Assembly: GCA_051362555.1 (NCBI GenBank)
Contig: CM120640.1
Coordinates: 28,420,503-28,484,502, forward strand
From: Lingula anatina
Taxonomy: Eukaryota > Animalia > Brachiopoda
Length of the DNA: 64,000 nt
Direction: 5' to 3'
The notes under the pieces were generated by a model. It saw only the letters and a program-made list of their open reading frames with translations. It did no database searches and was not told where the DNA came from. The translations under genes and the position numbers were made by a program. Below, one piece after another: positions 53,255 through 64,000 of this stretch. The stretch's first letter is position 1, and each line of letters begins with the position of its first letter.

Positions 53255-56200
53255 GTGATCTGTATTCGGAATGTTCTCATTTCTTACTGGTCAATTATGT
53301 TGATGCATCTTGTTGATCTCATCAATCTTATTTATTAAATTTCTTACCAGAAGGCAACGTAAAAGGCCCTTACAGCAGAAACTTTTCATAAGCAACAGCA
53401 CTTGTATTTCTTATGATGTGAGATTTATTTATTTTTTCTCATTAATTGCGTTCGTCAAATGTAAAAGTGCGATTGATTAGCTCCTGTACGCTTTTGATGT
53501 AGGATGTCTCTTTGTTGTATGATGTTTTTGAATTCCCCAGATCTGTAAAAACTAGTAGATCACTTTTCAGCTAATTGCGTTTGCAACATTTTTCACTTTG
53601 TTATGGACTTAAACAGAAAATGCATCGTAGTTTAATTTACTGTTTTCAGTTGCCATTCAGGTTACAGCAAAATGTTAAAATATTTTCCCCTTAAATTAAT
53701 GCTGTAAAGATATATCCCTATAATTAAAAAATATATCACTATAAACAACATAATTCCACATCTTGTGTTGCTGAGGTACGGAGTCAATCGACATTTTTTT
53801 TTTGCCATGCGTATCTAACTTGTGTACATTTATAATGGTACAAAGAAAATAAACCTGTCTTTATTTCCCGTGTGGTTGTGCTTGTTGTGACAAGATTCTC
53901 CTAATTACCGACCGCTAATTTGCTGTTGGGAATGTTCGATTTTCAGATGCGATTTTTGACGATGATATCAATCGTAATTTAGCTGCAAGGACTAGAATAA
54001 AGTAAGAACGAGACAAAAGGAGCCATTTCAAAATGACCGCTCTATTTTTGTGGTAAACATAGCACCTGGTTTCATTAAGAATACAAAAGCAAATGTACAC
54101 CGTCTTTTGCGTAGGTGTGCTTGGGACAAAGAGAGAAAGTGGAAGTTTTCTTTGCCATAGACAAAGAAGGAAAACGATAAGTTTTGCAAAGTAACGGGAT
54201 ATCTCGCGGAGTTGTTGAAGTTGCTATGTTCCACAAGCTCAGATTTTAACCAGGGAGCCTCCGGATAACTTGGCGAGCTATCTTGACTGACCCCCGAAGA
54301 TAATCCACAACTGCAAACCAGATACCATTACTTGAACCTTTCATGTCGAATAATGAACATTCAAAGTAACTACTTGTTAACCTACGAAAAAGAAGAGAAA
54401 AATTATGGTTTTAAACGCGTAATCTGCTTAAAACTGCTGTCTTCAGTTTCCAGGCTCGGGTTTGACATTGTTATTCTGGAAGTTCCAGAAACCGGTGCGA
54501 GTAGTAATTTTTATCATACATGGAATACTTGCTTTGAATAACCTGGTCCTGTTATACCCTCTGATATCAGGGGGCCACATAAACACTATACAAAAACCCC
54601 TGTGGGCTTTCAACCTTTTTGTAACAGACTAGTAGCGCACCCTGTGGTCAGAGAGTAGCCCTGTTATATAATATGTGAATGGCTCACGTGGCTGATGCGA
54701 TTGATCGTCGGGTTTTCTGGGAGTACAAGGCCAAGGAGTGCAAAGTCAATGAAGTGAAGAAGAAGAGCGGAGAGGGGGGGGGGGGGGGGGGGAGAAGAGA
54801 GGGGACATGTCAAGATGTACTAAGACCAGTTTGATCCAACAACAAAGATACTGGTTGGATAAGAAAAAAAAAACCTTAACCACAAATTTTTGTCGCGTGT
54901 GTCAAGTTTTTCAAAGCAACTCTTACAGTTGTGATACAGCGATGCTTTAAACATTGCAGCGAACCTCACATATCACAAAAAGACTTAAATTGTTTGCTTA
55001 TATGTAAGTAAAACTGGTTGGATAAAGTCTAGAAAATTGTATTTATTTGGATGCATCGCATTAGGGCGTTAGGTTTGAATATTCATAGTTTTTGTATGGA
55101 TTTTCGAAGTATCAAACGAAGGAGATAAAAACTATTACTTTCTAAGGTTAAAACTTTTAAATGAAATATAGCCTTGTAATTTTTCATTATAAAGGCACGT
55201 TACGATGTGTATATTGTCATTTTAATCCAGCGTTCATACACCCATTCAATATGTAATCTATAAGGCGAGCCGGTCTCCCCAGGGTTTAACACAGGATTAT
55301 ATAACAGTCTTCAGACGTGCAAAACGCTATGAAATCGGATTGAAATAAGAAAATGTGCCCTATGACCGCTGAAAGAAAGCATTTTTTATACAATAGTGAA
55401 ATGGCACAATACATTTCATAGTTAATCAAATTGGCATTTATTATTTCCATAAGAACGAAGTTAAATTATCGTGTTCACTTTATTCGAGTAGACGTATAGA
55501 CAATAGTGATAATCATCCGAATTCGCCGCTTTGGGAGTATGAGGACAATAGCATATAATAGATAACAGAAATAGATTTGAGTCCACGGCAATAGTATGAA
55601 AATTTAATCATACATCAAAGTTGTAAGGATGGAAGGTTTTCGGGCACAAGGCCAAGATGCCGTTTTCTGATCTTAAAACCAGATTGCAGAAATTGTGTTC
55701 ATTCAACCATAACTAGTGCATTCACCGAAACGTGACAAAACATGGATTTTAAGATTTGGTCCTTAATCGAGAAATATGGGTTCGGTTAAGGTCATAGATG
55801 CTAATCAATTCGCTTATTAGGGATGAAAATATTTCAAAACTAATGATTATTGCATATTGACATCATCTTCTTTTAAATTCATTCTGACTGATCTATAAAG
55901 TTAATTTTGTTATAATCTAATGACTTCAGGATGTCTTTCTAATGTTAATAACCACAATTTGAAAAAGATGGAAACAATCTGACGTACAGGTTTATTTTAT
56001 ACTCAGGCAGATTTTCTATCACCTCTCCTTTTCATAGATATGCATAAAACCTTCAGTATAATCACCACACGTATATCTTGGATTTAAAAATGCAACACCA
56101 TCATTTAGCTCTAATATTTTCTAAATCCGTCAGAGGGAAATTATCGGCGCGTGACGTATATTATAAAAAAATCGAGGTCTGCTGAGCATAATCAAATATT

Positions 56201-56830
56201 TTTCTTCTATAATATTTTCTGCAAATAATAATAAACATTCCTTTATGACTGATCTCATGCTGCTGTGATTTAATTTTTTTGAGAGCACACCTGGGCTTGT
56301 CCTGCCCAACCACGGTGGAGCTAACGTGACGACCATCGGGGAAACGGGGTTATTACTCTAAGTGTGTGATTTTTCAAACATTTCTTTTAGAAAATCACCT
56401 TTGTCCTCTGCAGTTTCCTTTATATTTAGGTTAATAACGGTTTCAAACATCAACAAACACGGTGACTTTACCAGAACTGAGGGCATTTGTATACCGAATA
56501 TTATAACATTTTCAGGCGTACATGAGTTTGAATATAAAATCAACATCGGCAACAATGAATCAAAGCGTTTGTGTTGACAGTAAAGCCACGCGACATTTGT
56601 TGCTTTTCGCATAGTACAGAATTTCAACATTTGTCATTGTTGCTACAATGTATTGGGGCATTATGCATTAGTTTCTATACGGGTTCATAAGGTTAAATAA
56701 GCCTTCAAAGAGGAGCTCAGTGCATTGGTAGATCTGACACTTTGATACAGGATCGACATGGACCAGGTTACGGGACAACGGAGTTTTTTCACGTGCTTGA
56801 AATGACGATTATTATCAAAGGTAAACGAAC

Positions 56831-59800
56831 ATGAACAACGAGAAGTCAACAGATAACAACACAAGGCAACTTGAGGGCACTGTTAGGTCAGGCAGAATGA
56901 GTGCTGGTCAAACCACTACTAAAGAACCGAATACCGAGTACAAACCAAGTACTCCACTGTCTACCAACTCACAACAAACTTATGACAAGGCAACGTCCAC
57001 CAGCGAAGACGATATTGGGCAGGGATGGCGAAAGGAAGATAAAAAATCTGCCATCATGGACAAAAGCTATTCCATTGCAGAGCACTTGGAGACAGAGAAC
57101 GATGCGGATAATAGGTTTGATAGTTACGCATCAGTAGATCGGGGAGTGTCTACGTCCCCAGAACTGTTTGACGGGAACGGACCAGACAGGAACGATGTTG
57201 ATTCAAGGCAAGAGGGTGGGATTTTTAATTTGACAGCGTTCAGGGATAATGCAGACGGTCAGTCTGAAGGCTTCTCTGTGCCTTCGGATCTCCCGTCTTT
57301 ATTACCGAATGTTGAAAATGAAAAACAGAGAGCCAGACTTGGGTCGCCTCATCTACGTGCTGAAACGAGCGATAGACAACAAGAAGTGACATTTGATGAA
57401 AGGGACGAGGAAATATCGGATATCGAAAGTGACAGTGACGATAGCAGTCTCTTTTATGACACGGATCTGGAAGCAGAAGGTAACGAAACTTTGATTTATT
57501 CATAGTTATCAAATGACTGAAATGTTTTCCAAACCGTAATTTTTTCTTTTATTATTTAATTTTCTTCTTCGTTGTTTAAAACGGATTTTAAAAAACTTGC
57601 AACATCATACATGTGAATAACACTGTATTTTTATTCATTGTGGTGGCTTACAAATAATTTTCATATAAAGGGAGGAGTTTTAATGTTTAAAAAATACAAA
57701 AGATATAAATAGACCATTATTTTATATTTTGGATAAAATTTGATTTACTTAATTTTTCGTGAAGTTTTAGTCTTTACGTGCTCAAATAAATTTCGAATTA
57801 CTCAAATTTATCCACAGTCTGAAATAGAAAACTTGTTGATATAGGTTTGACTAAGATTCATCCTTTCGTCTAATTTAGTAATATTCTGAATATCGCTTTT
57901 CTTTGAAATTTTGAAAGAAATTTTGAAAGAAAAATTTACGTTAGCGATATGTATTTCAAAGTATTTTTTCAGATTCTTTTTTTTTTACATGTATGCGTTA
58001 TATATTCAACAATAATGCGAACTGGTTTTTCTATTTTTGATAAGGTAAAACGGCTTTTATATACTAATATCGATATAGATTACAACTCGCATCTTTTTTA
58101 AATAAAATATATCGTTAAGAACATATTTGATCTTGAGACTGCACACTCGAATGTCATGTTAACCACTAGTTCATTGTGAAATACATGTACCCAAATGCTG
58201 TTATTTCTTCGTTCCAAATCAAAAACAAACAACACTTATAAAGCCATGAAAGCTTTTCTTTATTTTTTTGCAATTAGCTTAGCGGTGTGGCATTGGCGCC
58301 TTTTACGCTACAGCCTTTATTATGGCTCACAAAACTGCATTTTGTAATGTTTACCTGTGCACAATAGATCGCGAATAGCCCTTATGAGATTATTAAACTG
58401 CTTTTTAAATTATTTTTTACATTTTATGTCACTGTGCCACGTACATTGAGAAGTGTTTCAATAAATTTGATTGCCACCTACTTTGCAGCAAATTACCGTA
58501 GCATGGAGCGGCGTTCACCCCTTACATTGTTGTCTGGTTCACATTATGCAAAACCAAATGTAAGGACTGACTTAAAATATGTAGGGAAAACTTATTACTA
58601 TAACTATCAATGACAATGTTTTAAAAAATAACCATAATACTTTTCTAGTGTTTGTTACTAGTCTGTTTTTCATCTCTTCACTCAGAACTCATAAGCTAGC
58701 AATTCAATATCGTATATAACATTCGACCATTGTCCCTATTTCAGTATTCGCAGTGTTCTATATATATCTTTACAGGGTAGTCTATCTTCACAGGGACCAG
58801 TCAACCGTGTAAACGAATAAACATGAAATGCACGAACTTTCAGTATTATTCTAAAGTAATCAAATTTGCCGATCATTAGGTCATATTAAACTATATTAAG
58901 TCAGTAAACCGTAAAAGTTAATCAAACATACAGCCCTGTGGCGCATACATATGTTGCTGGGCAACAATTAGCCAGAGCTGTGCTTACGTGAAGCAGAAAG
59001 TTTTTGGCACAGACGAAAACAATGAGTGTTTCTTGATACGAATGAAAGCGCGACGCCAATGCCAAAGAGATTGGCTATTGAACGTTTCACTTTTGAATGA
59101 AGTGGACTATGCGGGCTACGGTACGGTTCATTAGATGTGTTTAAGTACCCACGGCGTCTTTAAACTTGGAGGCTCGTTAACATGTTCGGAATTATGCACA
59201 TTCATATCAAATCCTGTCTGTATTGTTATAAATGTTGAAGAATTTTAGAGTAGAGCCGAACTGGTGAACTACCTGAAAAATCCCAATGCCAGTGCCAATT
59301 TTTTTCGATCTTCAACATCCCAATATTATCGCAAAATCACGAATTCAATATTATCGCAAAATCATGATTGGACTGCTACTAATTTTGAAAGCATAATAAT
59401 TAATATCAAGATTCGATTAACACCTAGATTCAGTTTTTTTTCTTTTTTTTGACAAATGTTAACCCGAATAAAACAAGAATAAAGAAATTATTTTGGAACA
59501 AACACCCATAGAAAGGCAGGTGTACCGCTTCCACCTTTTATGCTCTCTCTCTCTCTCTCTCTCTCTCATATCACTTGAATCCCTAAAAGTCCAAGATATC
59601 ATTCCACATATTTCAGAGCCAGAAGTGGACAGGGACATTAATGGTTTACAGCGCTATACCAACTCCTGTATCGGACTGCGTGTTCCCCCCGCCACGCCTG
59701 TGATGCGCAATATTACCACCCCTTCCCTAGACATACCTTACTACGGCTTAGGAGAGAGGGGATCTGTAGCCCTGGCCGTGCCGCTTGAGGTAAGGGGTAG

Positions 59801-62800
59801 ATCCGCACGAGTCAACGAGGCTGACGATATTAAAAAGCCATAGCCGATCACGACTAAATACTGAGTTTAAACTTAGGAAAAATAGTAAAAAATGTAAAAA
59901 TGACTTACTTTTTGCTTATGTATAATTGTAATTTTAGTATATAGGGCTCCTTGGAAAAGATGGAATAAGAATTAGCTTGTGGGAAACCGAAAAACATTTC
60001 TGTGTCATTCTATTCCTGGATTTGTTATGTAAACAGATAAGCACAGGTATTTTTTTTTACTGATATTTGATTTAAAAAAATTGAAGAGTGTTTTACTGAA
60101 AATAATAAAAGAAATGCATTTCAGGTCAATACAACAGTCAGTACATTAAATCTGAAAGAGAACTGTTTGGGTGAAAAAGGTGCCATGAAGCTGGCGATGG
60201 TCATCAAGGAGAATTCCTTTTTAAGAGATGTGGTATGTTTTAACGACTTCCCCTCTTATTTTTTTCTTTCTTTTTTCTTTTTCTTTTTTCTTTTCTTTTT
60301 TTTGTAATCTTATTTATCTCCCTCTTTGTAGTCCTACTTTATCTTAACTGTTTATGTACGCCCCAGTCGTCCAGCAAGAGTAACCTGTTATTTTCACTGG
60401 ACGTATCTGTTACATCTGTCACGGTTATGGTTTCCTTTTTTTGCAGAACTTATCAGATAACAAACTCGGCAAACAAGGTGCTATCTTAATGTGCCAAGGA
60501 TTGAGGAACCACAATTACGTTAGGAACGTCAACTTGTCAAGTAAGCGCCTGGAGTTTTCATTAAGTATGATGTATGGTTGTGTCTGAAGGATTCGTAATA
60601 CACCTGCTCTGTGACTTTAGTATATTTCGTTAATTACGTATCCTCAGCCATAATGTGAAAATATCTTTCCTGAATATGTTGATTTATATATATATTTTTT
60701 TAAATTAAAGTGTCATCAATGTTAAATCACAGAACAGTAAAATATTTTAATTTTCATACAGATGTTGGTTTCACAGACAAGGAAGCTTCGGCAGTCGCAG
60801 AGGTTATTGAGGTATGTGTTGAACTTGAAGAGTTAATCGGCAATGTTTTTTCCTTATTTAATTTATCAATATACTTTGAATCGAAATAACTGGTTCATAT
60901 ATTCATTAGGAGTAGGCGTAGCTTAGTCACTTACCGTTTCTCAATGATTTTATTTTGATAACATTACTTTCTTTCGAAATTTCAGAATAATACTAAACTA
61001 AGAGAATTGGATTTAAGTCACAATGAATTTGGAACAGAGGCAGGGATTGTATTAGGACAATCATTAGGTGAGAGACAATTGAATCAAAAATACATTGATT
61101 TTTATTATAAATATATATTTATATTAATATTATAATTTTAATAAATATAAAGCTTGTTTTGTTTATTTCTTTTAATTAATTTTTAGTACACCAGACATCG
61201 CTCTGCAAAACTTATGAATATATAAATTATGTTTGATATTTGCTCTTTGATGTAAGGCAAGCAATTGAATGAAATGTTTTATGTGACAATACCATGAAGT
61301 AATGATTAATGAAATTTGTCGAATTATTATGAAGCATTTTCGGGAAATTTGAAGCTCCGTGCTTTTTTATCCATCTGACACACATGCTTAACCACACAAA
61401 CACATATGCGAGCACACATACATGTATTTACGGTCTTAAAATTCCTTTATTCCTGTATTTGTAGCTTCAAACGACACGTTGGAAGTTTTAAACTTAAGTT
61501 GGAACCACTTTCGTCTTCGGGGAGCATGTACTATTTCTGAAGGGGTAGCGGTAAGTTTGCATTAGTCTCCTTAATAAAGTTAATGCAGTTAGAACGTTCG
61601 GGTTCCAGTAGCTTTTGAAACCACTTGCTTTTGCCAGTCAGTCAAATAAGACCCAATACTTGACCAGACTTGAAAATGAAGTGATCTCTCTGAACTTATT
61701 AATATATAAGTGTAATTCATATAAGCATACATTTCTCATAGGTAAACGACGGTCTTAAAAAGTTACATCTCTCTATGAACGGATTTGCAAACCAAGGCAC
61801 TCTCACCATGGCAATGGCCTTGACCTTGAACTCCACCCTGGAAGAGCTTGACCTCAGCTGCAATCGCATCCCGTCCACCACTGTGGCGGATTTTTCTCAA
61901 TGTTTGGAGAAAAACAGCACGCTCAAAATTTTAAAGGTGCGGTATTTCTACTGAGAAAAAAATGTTAAGATGTAAATATGACTAACGTCACTTTAAAAGC
62001 TCTAGGCACCGGTAAGGGACACCCCAACATAAAACATGAAAAGCGTTTACTTTCATTTTTTCATCTGTTTGAATGAAAAATATCTAGAAATATGTTGTTG
62101 TATGGTTTTAATGCCTTTCTTATTTTCTTCCAGCTTGGCTGTAACCCCATTTTATACAAAGGTGCAATAGGATTAGTGGAAGCCATAAACAAAAACGACG
62201 CCAGCAAATTAGAATTCCTGGATCTTAAGGTACATTACGTCATCTACCAACATCTTTGAAAAACAATGACAAACATACATTTTTTGTTTTGTTTTGAGCA
62301 GTTTTGGGTGTTTTCTGCACTAATTTTACCTCATGTTTGATGTTCACAATTTAATATATCTACATCTTAATTTAAATTTCGTCACATATTATAGTTCTTT
62401 TATTTAGCATTTTGTTGTACAACTGCTTCAGTTGCTATTTATGAAATATTGCAAACCACCTAAAGCATGACTGGTTAAGATGAGATAAGAAATTATCCAA
62501 CCAATTATAAAAATTGGAAATAATTTTCCTTTGGAGTAAAATTTGATAAATATATAAAGTAAAGGTAATACAATCGATAAATTGAGAATTAGGTTTAAAA
62601 AAAACAAGTCAAAATGCATGACTGCACTAGGATGAAAACTGTTAAAAACGTTTACCTCTTTTGAAAGTTAAGAGCCTACTGTTGTCAGATAAAAAGGTAA
62701 AGACTGGTAAAAAGTGATTTCATTAAAAAGTTTGCGCCCTGTGTTCTAGGACGTCGTCGTGCTCAAAGACTTCATGGAGATTGCCGACGAAATAAAAGAA

Positions 62801-63784
62801 AAGCGAAAATTTCAAGTCGTCACTGGATCGGTGTCTGGGGTGAAAGGCCTAGAGAAGCAAATGGACAGATTTGGTGACAAGAACCCTCTGGAAATTCTCC
62901 TTATTTTCATGCAAGAGCAGGGCATGCGGCTGACGGATCTGTTCCGCACGTTCGATAAAGACCAAAGCATGAGCTTGTCTCGGGAGGAATTCATAGAAGG
63001 GCTCAAGGTGTGTGGTTGTTGACGGAAACAACGCATTTTACTATTCTTAATTGCTGTATTGAACGATATTTCCATTTAATATAATTAAGCAACATTGTTG
63101 CTGTTTTCTTAAAAGGAATCGTTAACGTTAATGCTAATATATAAATGCCTATTTTCAAACAAGCATGTGTATCAAAATGTTTATGTCTGATGTCTCTTTT
63201 ACTATTTCTTATATGTATTTTTGCAGTCTGTGAACACTCCACTCAGCCAGGCACAGTTGGAGGAACTCATTGACATGTTAGACAAGGATGGCGATGGAGA
63301 AGTGGACTTAAAGTAAGCGACGTCTTACTCTAAGGGCAATTTACAATAAATTCTTCCCACTTATCCTTTTCGGGATAGCTTGTAGAAAGCAAGTCTTTAA
63401 ATAAACAAATAGCTAAGAATATTCAATCAACATTTGCCGTAAACTGTAAGTTTAAATCACCATCAATACGAGAAAACGTTTTTTAACTGACCCATTTTGT
63501 TTCTTCCACACCTCAGAGAGATTTTGAACATCAACGTGGAATTCAAAGACATTAAGCGGAAAGCGTACGAAGAAACTAAAAAAGTAAAAGAAGAGAAGAA
63601 ACAGAAGAAGCCCCTTCCCGCAATGCAAGCCATAGCCAAGTTGATGCAAAAGAAAAACGACAAAAAGTTGCTCGGAGATGACACGGAATTTGAAAACCAA
63701 GCTGACAGAGAAAAGGCACTGATGCGATCTGCGGCAGGGCTTTGGAAGAAGCCGAAAGAAAACGCACAATCGGTTGCCAATTAA
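56831..63784 (+). CDS. Leucine-rich repeat protein 74-like (RI-type LRRs + two C-terminal EF-hands), ~714 aa
   Basis: 12 exons: 56831-57479, 59617-59789, 60125-60232, 60447-60540, 60762-60811, 60986-61067, 61465-61550, 61742-61936, 62134-62229, 62750-63007, 63227-63312, 63517-63784. Motifs YDTDLE, YGLGERGSVALAVPL, LDLSHNEFG, LNLSWNHFR, LDLSCNRI; EF loops DKDQSMSLSREE and DKDGDGEVDLKE. Confidence 0.88.
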
Positions 63785-64000
63785 TCAATATCATCAGTCA
63801 CTTACCTCAATTACTACTATACAAATTATACAACCAGATATATTCCTATTTTAATTAGCGCATAATCTCAGACAATATAAACAAGGACAATCTAACATGT
63901 TCCCAGTTTATTTTTATACAATATTATTTACATACGATGCCTGTTGAAATGATTTCTAAAATTTCCTTGAATGAGGAAATTTTGACAATTCGATTCGAAT

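Noticed and set aside
54053-54228. Forkhead (GTAAACA) and half X-box (GTTGCTATG) motifs upstream of the LRRC74-like gene
   Set aside because: Short motifs expected by chance in AT-rich DNA; the TSS is unknown.

Overview
Eukaryotic, AT-rich, intron-rich genomic DNA from an invertebrate animal (probably a mollusc or other lophotrochozoan; this is inferred from gene content and repeat types). I rebuilt seven protein-coding genes by hand from splice sites and intron phase: (1) the last exon of a two-pore-domain K+ channel with a very long M2-M3 loop; (2) a secreted CBM39+GH16 beta-1,3-glucanase/glucan-binding protein with a GC-AG intron; (3) an S1A serine protease; (4) an uncharacterised ~1080-aa disordered protein with myristoylation, KRAP-like, WH2-like and PDZ-binding motifs; (5) FDPS on the minus strand; (6) BDP1, head-to-head with FDPS; (7) an LRRC74-like LRR/EF-hand protein. 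Several non-autonomous DNA transposons with intact TIR/TSD signatures (Harbinger, Kolobok, CACTA) and microsatellites lie between and inside the genes. The most striking observation is a 144-nt phase-1/phase-1 exon missed by the ORF track. It places a big-defensin/beta-defensin-like six-cysteine domain at the N-terminus of the protease, which lies directly downstream of the glucan-recognition gene. No database searches were possible, so family calls rest on recognised motifs.
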